Shown here: piece by piece, positions 1 to 10,044 of the stretch | Layout of the letters: the number at the start of each line of letters is the position of its first letter | Position numbering within the stretch: the stretch's first letter is position 1 | Assembly: GCA_001824295.1 (NCBI GenBank) | Contig: MHWY01000001.1 | Coordinates: forward strand, 5,034 to 69,033 | DNA length: 64,000 bases | DNA from: Candidatus Zambryskibacteria bacterium RIFOXYD1_FULL_40_13 | GTDB lineage: Bacteria; Patescibacteriota; Minisyncoccia; Phycocordibacterales; DATDWN01 | Direction: 5' to 3' | The notes under the pieces: model-generated | The model's input: the letters and a program-made list of their open reading frames with translations, nothing else | The model's database searches: none | Told to the model about the DNA's origin: nothing | Translations under genes and position numbers: made by a program

Positions 1-687
1 CGCTTTTTAAAACCACTATACATATTCTCCCGACATGGTTTTGTGGTAGAAAAAATTATTAAAGAAAATGAGGGAGTATATTCTGTTTATATCACAGGAA
101 AAAACATATCAGAGTACAAATTCCAAAGTGGCCAATATGCAAACTTAATTTTCCTGCAAAAGGGCATGTGGTTCCATCATCCATTTTCTTACTCGGACTC
201 ATTTAACGGAAAAAACCTTAGGTTTACCATAAAATCATTTGGAGATTTTACATCAAAAATCGCAAACCTTCTGCCTGGAACAAGGGTTTGGATAGATGGG
301 CCTCTTGGTATCTTTACCTTAGGAAAATCAGTCAAAAATAAATATGTCTTTGTGGCTGGTGGTATTGGGATTACACCTGTCCTATCAATAATAAAATCTC
401 TCCCAAAAGGCACTGACTCAATTTTATTTTATTCTAACAAAAAAGAGCAGGGTATTATTTTTAAAAATGAATTAAAGGAAAACGGTATAAAAACCTACCT
501 TTTTAACACAGAAAAAGACCAGGACAGGAGAATTGATGCTAATAAGATGTTGGAACTTTGTCCAGATCTCTCCGACCGAGACATTTATATCTGCGGACCA
601 ACCAAAATGATATCCTTTCTTGCTGAAAATCTCATAAAAAACAACATACCGGACAGACAAATTCACTTTGAAAAGTTTAGCTATTAA
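1..687 (+). CDS. FAD/NAD(P)-binding oxidoreductase (FNR family), 5'-truncated by window edge
   Basis: Frame is open from base 1. Motifs HPFS, DGPLG, AGGIGITP, YICGP and C-terminal EKFSY. Confidence 0.9.
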   Translation, partial: RFLKPLYIFSRHGFVVEKIIKENEGVYSVYITGKNISEYKFQSGQYANLIFLQKGMWFHHPFSYSDSFNGKNLRFTIKSFGDFTSKIANLLPGTRVWIDGPLGIFTLGKSVKNKYVFVAGGIGITPVLSIIKSLPKGTDSILFYSNKKEQGIIFKNELKENGIKTYLFNTEKDQDRRIDANKMLELCPDLSDRDIYICGPTKMISFLAENLIKNNIPDRQIHFEKFSY

Positions 688-820
688 GAGAAGGTTTGTT
701 TGTTCACCTATACAATAAGATTTACTTGCAAAGTGTAGTAAATTGTGATTTAATATGTGTTGGCAAGTTCTGTTCAACCACCTCCCTAGCGCAGGGAGGA
801 CAATCACGGAGGTAGCTGGG

Positions 821-1138
821 ATGAGTTTGAGGAAAACGCTGGCTAGCATCACGCGTGAACCAGCCAAGGATGCGGGTGAACGTGGCAAGCAAATGGAGGA
901 ACTGTACGACGCCCTGAGGAGGAGGGCAATTGCAGTTCTGCCCGTTGGGGCTATCCCACCCAGAGAAGCGGGCATCTGCGATGATTGTGGGAATCCGATC
1001 TCGCCGGCAAGGCTCCAGGCCCTACCGGCGGGCGTGAACAGGTGCATAACCTGCGAGGAGAAGCGAGAGGCCGAAGAGGCAGGCCGGTCCGGCAGGCGCG
1101 GTGATTTCACAAGAACGCCCTGGGTGCCAGGGACATAG
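821..1138 (+). CDS. TraR/DksA C4-type zinc-finger protein
   Basis: CDDCGNPISPARLQALP...CITCEE; GGAGG upstream of ATG 821; GC-rich. Confidence 0.8.
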   Translation: MSLRKTLASITREPAKDAGERGKQMEELYDALRRRAIAVLPVGAIPPREAGICDDCGNPISPARLQALPAGVNRCITCEEKREAEEAGRSGRRGDFTRTPWVPGT

Positions 1139-1182
1139 TGCGCTCGGGCATCCGACTGGTCCCAGCCCAGTCGGAAAGCCCA

Positions 1183-1214
1183 CAGTCTCGTCGAAGTATC
1201 GGCGGGGCTTTTTT
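1183..1214 (+). terminator. Intrinsic terminator
   Basis: agtctcgtcga-agta-tcggcggggct followed by a T run. A second hairpin (tccgactgg/ccagtcgga) lies just upstream. Confidence 0.65.
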
Positions 1215-1323
1215 CATTACATTTATCAACAGCCATCCCCCTTTACAATATTTGTTTTATTTGTTATAATTAGGGTAGAAGTACCGAGCCGGGCGGAAAC
1301 CTGGCCAAGATTAGGAGAGCACC

Positions 1324-1530
1324 ATGCCCCACTCGCACATCAGAGCAATCGCGTCGAAGGAACTTGCTAGGGCGATCATCGCCCAGGCAGTGTCTGACGC
1401 AAGCAACCCCGCTGTGCCAAGTACCACACGGGAAGGTGCGATGTCCTTCCTGACGGACGCGGTGAAGTCGGGTCCAATTCTGGAGGACAACGATAGTGAG
1501 CCTCCGCCCGAAAGCAAGCTCTCAAAGTGA
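1324..1530 (+). CDS. Small hypothetical protein
   Basis: AGGAG SD, upstream TGTTATAAT extended -10, downstream GC hairpin plus T run at about 1550-1586. Confidence 0.6.
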   Translation: MPHSHIRAIASKELARAIIAQAVSDASNPAVPSTTREGAMSFLTDAVKSGPILEDNDSEPPPESKLSK

Positions 1531-1591
1531 CTCCTGAGCGCAACAACACTGACCCGTCCCCTTCTCTGGGGGCGGGCAGTTTTTTAAAAAA

Positions 1592-2146
1592 TTATAGGTG
1601 ATCTGGATGACCGTGGCCGTTAATTTTATTCTGATGTCCAAAAATAATTCTACGAACCTCTTCGGGGTGTCTGACCGATGTCATATTAAACTCCTTACTG
1701 TCTTCACTGGCTGTCTGAACCCGTATGTTACCAAACTTCAATAGTGTAGAGATAAAACCTTGAACCTCAAGGGTAACATCTTGTATTTTATTGAAACGAA
1801 GATTTGAAACTTCCCTATGAAACAAGTTTTTCTGGTCTATTATAATTATTCTCTTCTCGGTGACATACCAAACGTCCAAATAATACTTTGTCCACTCGAC
1901 AAAAAATGATATCCAAAGAAAAAGTATCCATAATGTATACAAAAAAATAAAAACAGCTGACTTGTTTTCCAAAAAACCAGCTTGAAGCAATCCCGGCACA
2001 AACTTTTTTACAAGGACAAGTATGAGGGTAGGTAAAATAGCAACAAACAACAAAACAATGGCCTGCCCAAAGAAAACAATCCAATGTTTTCGTACCTCAA
2101 GTACGACCTTTTCCTCTGGTTCAAGATGTAGTGCTCTGTATAACAT
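1592..2146 (-). CDS. Membrane protein with bacterial PH (bPH_2-like) domain
   Basis: Two TM segments, then YVTEKRII...KIQDV...FGNIRVQTAS. Confidence 0.8.
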   Translation of the reverse strand: MLYRALHLEPEEKVVLEVRKHWIVFFGQAIVLLFVAILPTLILVLVKKFVPGLLQAGFLENKSAVFIFLYTLWILFLWISFFVEWTKYYLDVWYVTEKRIIIIDQKNLFHREVSNLRFNKIQDVTLEVQGFISTLLKFGNIRVQTASEDSKEFNMTSVRHPEEVRRIIFGHQNKINGHGHPDHL

Positions 2147-2148
2147 AA

Positions 2149-2397
2149 CTATAAATAATTTAGGGACATAAATGACAAAGTAAACAAAAACAGCGAAACA
2201 AAAACAAAAAGTGTTTCAGCAAACAAGACCGTCACACTTTTCATTCCATACTGTGTCCAGTGATAAATCAATATGACCGAGACAATGCAATACATTATGA
2301 AAAATATAACCAGAATAATTAGAAAGACCGGTATTCCAGCAAGAAATGATGTGACAAAGTCTGGGAGAATTGGACCAAGATACTGCGATAGTTGCAT
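2149..2397 (-). CDS. Small membrane protein
   Basis: Two hydrophobic helices; 2 nt from the next gene; TATAAT just upstream of the ATG. Confidence 0.7.
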   Translation of the reverse strand: MQLSQYLGPILPDFVTSFLAGIPVFLIILVIFFIMYCIVSVILIYHWTQYGMKSVTVLFAETLFVFVSLFLFTLSFMSLNYL

Positions 2398-2424
2398 GTG
2401 TTTATTATAACTCCTTAAATAAGT

Positions 2425-3042
2425 TTATTCCACATTATTGCTCTTGCTGAAATAATTCCTTATAAATTTATTTGAAAGTTTATATCCTATTATAAGCAAA
2501 ATCACCCCACCAATTATTATTGAATATGAATACAAGTATCTGTCTATATTTACATAAGAACTTCCGGCATAATAGCCAAAAAGAAAGAAGAAGAGAGTTC
2601 TGGGCACAGTTATTAGGAAACTAAATCTAATGTAATGAAGAAAATCAATTCTCGCTATTCCCGCCGCTACCTGAACCGCTGTACCAAAACCTGGTGAAAG
2701 TTTCGCCAAAATAAGTGTCTTCCCTCTATGCTTCACAAAGTGGTCCTCTAAAAACTTTTCACTTTTTTCACTATATCCAAATATATGTCCATACTTCTTT
2801 ATCCAAACCGATTTACGCCAGTACATACCAACAAGATAACGAACAGAATCCCCTGTGAGGTCTGCGATAATTAAAACCACATAAGTAGCATAAACATTTA
2901 GTAACCCAAAATGGGCAATAAAACCAGAAACCACTGCTGTAGTAATGGACTCCAGTGTTGCCACTGGAAAAAGAAGTAGATATTTGTATTGTTCCAAGAC
3001 AGACAAAATATCCGACAAAGACATGAACATAGATAAAATCAT
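2425..3042 (-). CDS. DedA family membrane protein
   Basis: GDSVRYLVG, LILAKLSPG and AAG motifs. Start may be a downstream Met. Confidence 0.85.
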   Translation of the reverse strand: MILSMFMSLSDILSVLEQYKYLLLFPVATLESITTAVVSGFIAHFGLLNVYATYVVLIIADLTGDSVRYLVGMYWRKSVWIKKYGHIFGYSEKSEKFLEDHFVKHRGKTLILAKLSPGFGTAVQVAAGIARIDFLHYIRFSFLITVPRTLFFFLFGYYAGSSYVNIDRYLYSYSIIIGGVILLIIGYKLSNKFIRNYFSKSNNVE

Positions 3043-3160
3043 GACCCCTTTTTACAAAAAAAGCAATGGCCACACCTGTTCAGTTTGACTTCCTTAATAT
3101 TTTTTGCTTTAATAGTGCTGTCAATCGCCGGCTATGGCCGGTTTTTAGATAGAGATATCA

Positions 3161-3331
3161 CTTAATCACATCTTTTTGGAGCGCGCATAAATTTCTGGTG
3201 AAATTTTGCTCTCTCTCGGCTTCCTTACAGGAACAGTACACCTTTCACATTTAGTAAAATGTTCAAGGTCTTGCGAAATGATAATATCATTTCTCACCCG
3301 CCTGCGAAGTCTCCAAAAAGATGTGATTAAG
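3161..3331 (+). repeat. Structured dispersed element, family A copy 1
   Basis: Perfect 21-bp terminal inverted repeat (3161-3181 / 3311-3331). The 43-nt core 3179-3221 is identical to 8680-8722. Confidence 0.85.
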
Positions 3332-3349
3332 CTTAAAACAATAAAAGAA

Positions 3350-5161
3350 ATGGAAATACGAAACATAGCCATCATAGCCCATGTAGACCACGGCAAAACC
3401 ATGCTCACTGACGCCCTTATGCGTCAGACTGGCATGGTCACAACCGAAGGCGCCACTATGGATTCAAACGCTCTGGAACAGGAGCGTGGTATTACTATAT
3501 ATGCCAAGAATACATCTATTTACTATCCACCAAAGGAATCAGGGCGAGAGGTTACAAAGATAAATATTGTTGATACTCCGGGGCACTCCGACTTTGGTTC
3601 AGAGGTTGAGAGAGTCCTAAGGTCCATAGACACCGTCCTTCTCCTCGTTGACGCGCAGGAAGGACCAATGCCACAAACCAGATTTGTTTTGAAAAAATCC
3701 CTAGAACTTGGACTGAAGCCGATTGTAATCATCAACAAGATAGACAAGCCAGCCAGTAGGCCAGAGGAGGTCCATGAATTGGTTTTGGAACTATTTCTTG
3801 AACTTGGAGCAAACGACGAGCAACTAGACTTCACAACAGTCTACGCTATCGGACGAGAAGGTATTGCAAAGATGAACCTTGCTGATGAAAACAAGGACTT
3901 AACTCCCCTTCTTGAAACAATATTAAAAGAAGTTCCTCCTGCGTCCGGAGACAAAACATTGCCTGCCAGGCTTCAATCATTTAATCTTGCATACGATAAT
4001 TTTCTTGGAAGATTAGCTGTCTGTAGAGTATATGAAGGTACAATAAAAAACGGGGATGTTGTGTTTGTTAAGCAACATCACAACACATCAAATACTGGAG
4101 ACCAGAGTAAGGTTGTCTCGGGCAAACTAACAAAACTTTTCAGCTTTGAGGGAACAAAGAGATTGGAAATAACAGAAGCTTCTGCTGGAGATATTGTCAT
4201 GATTGCCGGACTTCCAACTGTGTACATTGGAGACACAATTTGTAAAGACGAGAATGCTGATATGCTTCCATCTATCAATATTGATGAACCAACAATTTCT
4301 CTTAACTTTTTGGTTAACGACTCCCCTTTTGCTGGGCGTGAAGGAAAATATGTTACAGGACGACAAATCAGAGAGAGGTTGGAGAAAGAACTGGAAATGA
4401 ATGTGGGCCTCAAAATTGACTGGAACGACGGTGCACAGGTTGAGGGATATACCGTATACGGTCGTGGCGAACTGCATATCGCCATTCTTTTGGAGAACAT
4501 GAGAAGAGAGGGATATGAACTCCAAGTGTCACAACCAAAAGTTATAATCAAGGAAAAAGATGGGGTAATGCTAGAACCTTTTGAGGAAGTGACCGTAGAT
4601 ATCTCCGACGAACTAGCCAGCTCCGTTATCTCACGACTAACAGAAAGGAGAGGAATCCTGATGAACGTTAGACAAACTCATGGACACCAGAGACTTATAT
4701 TTGAAATTCCAACAAGAGGACTTCTTGGTTATCGTGGACAATTCATTGTAGACACAAAAGGTCTCGGTATATTGTCTTCAAGATTTGTTGAATTTCGCGA
4801 ACATGTTGGAGAAATAAAACGCACAACTTATGGCTCTATGGTCTCCATGGAGTCCGGCAAGGTTCTAGCTTTTGCCTTGGACAACTTACAACAAAGAGGA
4901 ACTCTATATGTTGACCCTGGAACAGAGGTATATGTCGGAATGGTTATTGGAAACGTCTCAAAAGGAGCTGATTTGTCAGTAAACCCCACAAAAGGTAAAC
5001 AACTGACAAACATGAGATCAACAAGTTCCGATGGTTCTATATACCTTGCCGCCACATACAAACTTGATATAGAAAAAGCCATGGAAATAATGGCTGAAGA
5101 TGAATACATAGAAATTACTCCAAAGTCAGTCAGACTTCGAAAGAAAACAGTAAGAAAATAA
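3350..5161 (+). CDS. typA: Translational GTPase TypA/BipA
   Basis: IRNIAIIAHVDHGKT, ERGITI, DTPGH, NKID, GRGELH, EITPKSVRLRK. Confidence 0.97.
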   Translation: MEIRNIAIIAHVDHGKTMLTDALMRQTGMVTTEGATMDSNALEQERGITIYAKNTSIYYPPKESGREVTKINIVDTPGHSDFGSEVERVLRSIDTVLLLVDAQEGPMPQTRFVLKKSLELGLKPIVIINKIDKPASRPEEVHELVLELFLELGANDEQLDFTTVYAIGREGIAKMNLADENKDLTPLLETILKEVPPASGDKTLPARLQSFNLAYDNFLGRLAVCRVYEGTIKNGDVVFVKQHHNTSNTGDQSKVVSGKLTKLFSFEGTKRLEITEASAGDIVMIAGLPTVYIGDTICKDENADMLPSINIDEPTISLNFLVNDSPFAGREGKYVTGRQIRERLEKELEMNVGLKIDWNDGAQVEGYTVYGRGELHIAILLENMRREGYELQVSQPKVIIKEKDGVMLEPFEEVTVDISDELASSVISRLTERRGILMNVRQTHGHQRLIFEIPTRGLLGYRGQFIVDTKGLGILSSRFVEFREHVGEIKRTTYGSMVSMESGKVLAFALDNLQQRGTLYVDPGTEVYVGMVIGNVSKGADLSVNPTKGKQLTNMRSTSSDGSIYLAATYKLDIEKAMEIMAEDEYIEITPKSVRLRKKTVRK

Positions 5162-5168
5162 AGCGAAA

Positions 5169-5196
5169 GGCCCTGGCGTGTATGCACGCCAGGGCC
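5169..5196. terminator. Perfect 12-bp hairpin between convergent genes
   Basis: ggccctggcgtg-tatg-cacgccagggcc. Confidence 0.7.
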
Positions 5197-5215
5197 GGGT
5201 GGAACAAGAGAGGGA

Positions 5216-5623
5216 CTAGACAGCCTGACTGAGAGGCTGCTGCACGAACGACGAGAGAAGGGCGTCGCGCTCTTCCTGCGTCACGTCAACCGACATGCGA
5301 CCGTCACGAACACCGTCGAGCTTCGTGTAGCCCTGGGGTGTGATTCCGGCGAGAAGCTCCTTGAGGACCCTCCTCTTCGCCGGATCAACCTCGACCGCAC
5401 GGACGACCTGCTCAAGTGTCCGTCGGTCATACATCGAAACCTCTCCCCACTCGGAGTCGACGATAGGTGGCTTGTCGATGATCTCCCCAACAACATCCGG
5501 GTGAACACCCGCCCTTGCTGCAAAATCGACCCGAGTCTTGCCCTGACCCGCATAGCCCCAGAGCCTGACGTAAATGCCAAAACTCTGAGCCTGCATCTGT
5601 CGTCTAGTCTGCCTATCGAGCAT
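5216..5623 (-). CDS. Hypothetical protein, possible HTH
   Basis: GC-rich; GGGAGG SD; TRVDFAARAGVHPDVVGEII resembles an XRE-type HTH. Confidence 0.6.
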   Translation of the reverse strand: MLDRQTRRQMQAQSFGIYVRLWGYAGQGKTRVDFAARAGVHPDVVGEIIDKPPIVDSEWGEVSMYDRRTLEQVVRAVEVDPAKRRVLKELLAGITPQGYTKLDGVRDGRMSVDVTQEERDALLSSFVQQPLSQAV

Positions 5624-5715
5624 CGTCTATCCTCCCGCGTCCCGCGTTGATGTGACCGCACTGTCCCTCTGCTTCCATATATAATATAACCATAGTCTTA
5701 GCCATGGTGCAAATA

Positions 5716-6492
5716 CTATTGTGTATTTCCTACTTCATACTCACCTATTTTTGTTCTCTTTATATAAAAAGTTGTGGCTACAGCATCAAATGATTTCGAG
5801 AAATCAGAAACAAACTGACGGACATAAAAACCGCTTGAAACAGTTATACTAATCTCATCAATAGTGTATTCCTTGTACATATTGTTCACCAAAAGTTCAA
5901 CCCATTTGTTTAGTATTTCTTTCTGCCTGAAGTCACCAATTACAGACTTAATCTTTGTTTTTACTTCATTTAGCAAATCGCTTCCAAGAATTGTCTTGCG
6001 GGAAATGTGGGTGGCTTCAAAAATCTCCACCTCGTGACTAGGAATCTCAATCTCATGAAGTTTTCCGCTCCTTGCCCACTCAAGTAGAGGCAGACCATTA
6101 ACTGGTTTTGAGGAATAGGCGGGATACCTTTGTTCAAACTTTCCCGGAACATTTTCTAGGGCCTTTTTTATCTCTATTGATGTTGGCAGACTTATTTCCT
6201 TACCTTGAACCACTCCCAAAACATCTAGTGTGTCCGTTTCAAATCCCCAGAGCATCTGAAATTCGTAAGTTTTTTTCAAATCTAGATACCTTTCCTTGTC
6301 CCTTATCTCGTCACCCGACAAGACTAGAAGTAAACCCTCAGCAAGCGGGTCAAGACGCCCAGCATAGGTCATGGGTACGACAGAATAATCAGGATTTTCC
6401 CTCTTAAACCTCATAACACACTGGTTTGGGGTTTCACCCATCTTTTTATACAGCAGGTGGGCTTTATTTAACTCTGGGCTATTTTTTTCCAT
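5716..6492 (-). CDS. truB: tRNA pseudouridine(55) synthase TruB-like
   Basis: YAGRLDPLAEGLL, TDTLD, PAYSS, SSGFYVR. Confidence 0.85.
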   Translation of the reverse strand: MEKNSPELNKAHLLYKKMGETPNQCVMRFKRENPDYSVVPMTYAGRLDPLAEGLLLVLSGDEIRDKERYLDLKKTYEFQMLWGFETDTLDVLGVVQGKEISLPTSIEIKKALENVPGKFEQRYPAYSSKPVNGLPLLEWARSGKLHEIEIPSHEVEIFEATHISRKTILGSDLLNEVKTKIKSVIGDFRQKEILNKWVELLVNNMYKEYTIDEISITVSSGFYVRQFVSDFSKSFDAVATTFYIKRTKIGEYEVGNTQ

Positions 6493-6514
6493 ATACTCTG
6501 ATACAATAACCTAT

Positions 6515-7801
6515 ATGAAGAATATTTCAAAATTAAGCACTGAGAGCTACAAAGGGGTTAGGGATTTCTACCCCGAGGATTTGTTTATTCAAAACTATAT
6601 TTTTGACACTTGGAGAAAGACAGTTGAGAAGTTTGGCTATGTGGAATACAGCGCATCTGTCCTAGAACCTGCTGAGCTTTATAAAGCAAAGACGGGTGAA
6701 GAGATAGTCAATGAGCAAACATACACCTTTACAGACCGCGGAGAGAGACAAGTCACTCTAAGGCCAGAAATGACCCCGACTGTTGCCCGCCTGGTTGCCC
6801 AGAAACAACACGAACTTACTTTCCCCCTAAGATGGTATTCAATTCCTAATCTTTTTCGTTACGAGAAACCACAGAGAGGACGCCTACGTGAACACTGGCA
6901 ACTCAATGTAGATTTCTTTGGCATTGATTCTATTAATGCAGATATAGAAATCATCACTGTGGCGGAGCGAATAATGAAAAGCTTTGGTGCAAAAGACGGT
7001 GATTTTGTAATAAAGATAAACGACAGGAGAATAATGTCATCTCTATATGAAAAATTTCATTTAGACAATGAAGCATCATATAAAGTTTCAAAGATAATAG
7101 ATAAAAAAAATAAAATCACAGCTGAAAGCTTTGGGTCGGCTTTGGCAGAAATAATCGGAGAGAAAGCAAAGGAGTTTGTGACCCTGCTTGAATCCAGCGA
7201 GAAACTGTTTGACTATTTCGGTGAGGAAAACAAACATGTGAAAGAGTTGGTCAGCTTGATAGAAGAACTACAAAAAAGTGGTATTGCAAACGTAGAGTTT
7301 GACCCAACACTTATGCGTGGATTTGACTATTACACCGGTACGGTGTTTGAGGTGTTTGATAACCACCCAGATAACAACCGCTCAGTTTTTGGTGGTGGTA
7401 GATATGACGATTTGCTAGATATATTTGGTGCAGAAAAAGTTCCAACCATTGGTTTTGGTGCGGGCGATGTCACAATGAGAGACTTCCTTGAGACCCACGG
7501 CTTACTCCCAGAATACAGACAAAACATCAATCTCTATATCTGCTCAACAAAACCTGAATACATTGATGAGTCTCAGAAACTAGCAAACACACTAAGAGAG
7601 AACGGCCTAAACGTTGCGGTAGACTTGAGTGGCAAAAAACTTGGAGACCAGATGAAGATTGCCAATAAACAAGGTATACCTTATGTAATCTGTGTTGGTG
7701 AGGATGAAATAAAATCTGGTTTGTATGGAGTAAAGAACATGGACAGCGGTGAGGAAGAGAAAGTGAAGATAGAAGAAATTGCCGATATTGTTAAAAAATA
7801 G
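6515..7801 (+). CDS. hisS: Histidine--tRNA ligase
   Basis: KGVRD, LRPEMT, RYEKPQRGRLRE, RGFDYYTG, GGGRYD. Confidence 0.97.
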   Translation: MKNISKLSTESYKGVRDFYPEDLFIQNYIFDTWRKTVEKFGYVEYSASVLEPAELYKAKTGEEIVNEQTYTFTDRGERQVTLRPEMTPTVARLVAQKQHELTFPLRWYSIPNLFRYEKPQRGRLREHWQLNVDFFGIDSINADIEIITVAERIMKSFGAKDGDFVIKINDRRIMSSLYEKFHLDNEASYKVSKIIDKKNKITAESFGSALAEIIGEKAKEFVTLLESSEKLFDYFGEENKHVKELVSLIEELQKSGIANVEFDPTLMRGFDYYTGTVFEVFDNHPDNNRSVFGGGRYDDLLDIFGAEKVPTIGFGAGDVTMRDFLETHGLLPEYRQNINLYICSTKPEYIDESQKLANTLRENGLNVAVDLSGKKLGDQMKIANKQGIPYVICVGEDEIKSGLYGVKNMDSGEEEKVKIEEIADIVKK

Positions 7802-7806
7802 TTACG

Positions 7807-8008
7807 AATTTTAAATAATATTTTAGACACGCATAAACCCCTGTTGGGGTTTTGCTATTCTCGTCAATCAAGAAAACAATCTTCCTCAGTGCTGGCCCTT
7901 TCGCAAACTTCTCGTCGATTACGACTTCGTCAAACAGTGCTTCGGGCTGGCGCACTTCGTCGTTGTTTTCTAATTGACTGCGAAATGTCTAAAATATCAC
8001 TTAAAATT
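7807..8008 (+). repeat. Structured dispersed element, family A copy 2
   Basis: atattttagaca/tgtctaaaatat inverted repeat; core acgcataaacccc-tgtt-ggggttttgct; 3' ctgcgaa. Confidence 0.7.
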
Positions 8009-8043
8009 TTGCGATTGGTTGGGTTCACTGGTATACTGGCTTT

Positions 8044-8625
8044 ATGAAAAAAATTGTATTTGATATAGAAACAAAAAATATTTTCCAGGATGTCGGCTCC
8101 AGTGATCCGGTAGATTTGGACATATCACTTGTGGGACTTTACGATTACGAAACAAACACATATGACAGCTTTCTTGAAGATGATTTTGAAAGATTGTGGA
8201 ACATACTGGAGAAAGCAGAGGTTTTGATAACATACAACGGAGACCATTTTGATATCCCCCTACTTAACAAATACTACAAAAAAGCTGGACGAGGAGACCT
8301 CTCCAAAATTCGTTCTCTTGATTTACTCAAGGAAATAAAGAATTCTTATGGCCGAAGAATGAAGCTAGACCAAATAGCCGAAGGCACCTTTGGTATTGGT
8401 AAAAGTGGTAATGGACTGGAGGCTGTTGCTTGGTGGCGAAGCGGAGAGATAGAGAAAATTCGTAAATATTGTCTAGACGATGTGCGTATTACAAAAGATG
8501 TGTATGAATATGCCCTAAAAAACAAGAAGCTGATTTTCAAAGAGGGTCCATTCATGAAAGAAATAAAGCTTGATACGAAACATTGGGAACCAGTATCAGA
8601 GGTAAAAACCCAATCTCTGTTTTAA
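8044..8625 (+). CDS. RNase H-like DEDD 3'-5' exonuclease
   Basis: VFDIET, TYNGDHFDIP, YCLDDV. Confidence 0.88.
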   Translation: MKKIVFDIETKNIFQDVGSSDPVDLDISLVGLYDYETNTYDSFLEDDFERLWNILEKAEVLITYNGDHFDIPLLNKYYKKAGRGDLSKIRSLDLLKEIKNSYGRRMKLDQIAEGTFGIGKSGNGLEAVAWWRSGEIEKIRKYCLDDVRITKDVYEYALKNKKLIFKEGPFMKEIKLDTKHWEPVSEVKTQSLF

Positions 8626-8657
8626 TATATAAACTCTTTTCGTCTTTTAAACATCAC

Positions 8658-8762
8658 GAATCTCTCACATATATTTTTTGAGCGCGCATAAATTTCTGGT
8701 GAAATTTTGCTCTCTCTCGGCTACCCACCTGCGAAGTCTCAAAAAACATATGTGAGAGATTC
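8658..8762 (+). repeat. Structured dispersed element, family A copy 3
   Basis: 24/25-bp terminal inverted repeat; core identical to copy 1. Confidence 0.85.
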
Positions 8763-8864
8763 ATTTACTTAAATCAGACAGTTTTTAGATAAAAAAAGAG
8801 GCTGTGGGGACCCCGCCGTCCCCACTCCTCCACCACTTGTCGCGATCACCCGCTGCTTGGCAGG

Positions 8865-8948
8865 TTACCGCCGACGCGCCCTTCCTTCTTCGAGATTCGC
8901 CACTTCGCGCTTCTTGTGTTTCTTCACCGCCGCACCGTTGAGTCTCAT
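8865..8948 (-). CDS. Putative 27-aa basic peptide MRLNGAAVKKHKKREVANLEEGRARRR
   Basis: AGGAG SD; TTGACG and TGCTATGCT promoter-like elements upstream; gtggggac/gtccccac hairpin plus T7 downstream. Confidence 0.45.
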   Translation of the reverse strand: MRLNGAAVKKHKKREVANLEEGRARRR

Positions 8949-9051
8949 GGCACACTCCTGTGAAGGACTGGTCAACTCGTGACCACATCCTCTATAAGCA
9001 TAGCATATGCCCATTTGTCGTCAACAATAATTATCCACCAACGCCTACTAG

Positions 9052-9867
9052 TTAAAATACCAAAAAGAGGACAACAGCCAATATAACTCTGTACCATATA
9101 AACACATTGAGATTGTGGTTCTTTAAGTATCTTATTAAAAAGTTAATGGCAATGAGTCCTGTGATAAAAGCCGTGATACAGCCAAGTAAAAGTGGTAAAC
9201 CAAAACTTGTAGAAAATAGCTCGTGACGGACATCAAAAACTTTTTTCAGTCCGGCCCCCAGAAGTATTGGCAGAGAAAGCAAGAAGCTGAACCTCACCGC
9301 CTCGTCTTTTGTAAATCCCATTATAAGTCCTCCAGAAATAGTAGCCCCCGAACGAGACATGCCGGGAATTAGGGCCAAACACTGAAAGAACCCAACAACG
9401 ATTCCTCTGCTTAAACTAATCCCCCTGTTTTCTTTTGCCACTCTTTCAGCAAACCAAAACAAAATACTTCCAAGAATGAGTGTTAGGCCGACAAGCTCAA
9501 CATTTCTGAATATAGTCTCCATCCAGTTTTCAAACAAAAGCCCAAAAATAATCGCTGGTATAGTACCAAACACTATGGCCAAAAGCAGGGTTCTGTTTGT
9601 ATGTTGTTCTAGGTCAACTTTTCTCTTGAAAACATACTTTGCGACATAATCCTTAGCAGTTTGAAATAATGCCCAAATATCTCCCCCAAAATATACCAGG
9701 AGAGCCAGTGTTGCAGAGAGCTGAAGTATGGCATCAAAGGCTAAACCACCAAAGTTGTTTGTTCCGAGTATTTGGCGAAAAATAATAAGGTGTCCAGAGG
9801 AAGAAACCGGAATAAATTCGGTAGCCCCCTCAATAAAACCAAGAATTATTGCTATAAAATATGTCAT
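9052..9867 (-). CDS. uppP: Undecaprenyl-diphosphate phosphatase
   Basis: EGATEFIPVSSSGH, PGMSRSGAT, FSFLL. Confidence 0.95.
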   Translation of the reverse strand: MTYFIAIILGFIEGATEFIPVSSSGHLIIFRQILGTNNFGGLAFDAILQLSATLALLVYFGGDIWALFQTAKDYVAKYVFKRKVDLEQHTNRTLLLAIVFGTIPAIIFGLLFENWMETIFRNVELVGLTLILGSILFWFAERVAKENRGISLSRGIVVGFFQCLALIPGMSRSGATISGGLIMGFTKDEAVRFSFLLSLPILLGAGLKKVFDVRHELFSTSFGLPLLLGCITAFITGLIAINFLIRYLKNHNLNVFIWYRVILAVVLFLVF

Positions 9868-9913
9868 ATAGTACAATGTTAGCATAAGAAATTAATTAAT
9901 AATATTAACCACA

Positions 9914-10036
9914 AAAACTTTTAGATTTGGATGCAGTTCGAGGCAGAATGTTCAAAAGACGAGGAGATGTACTGGTCGTACATTGACGAGAATTTTGGAC
10001 ATTCTAACGAAGAAATGCGCTAAATGTAAAAGTTTT
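9914..10036 (+). repeat. Structured dispersed element, family B copy 1
   Basis: Nested stems aaaactttta/taaaagtttt, agaatgttcaaaa/ttttggacattct, atgtac/gtacat; GA-rich internal loops. Confidence 0.75.
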
Positions 10037-10044
10037 AACACATT

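Noticed and set aside
3206-3349. N-terminal extensions in the ORF track (typA here; also dnaE 43980, thrS 47369, pheS 53953, rpoB 25032)
   Set aside because: They run through repeats, leaders or non-conserved sequence; recognisable protein starts at downstream ATGs.
8785-8988. 67-aa ORF from the track
   Set aside because: It runs through the terminator hairpin; the SD supports the 27-aa frame instead.
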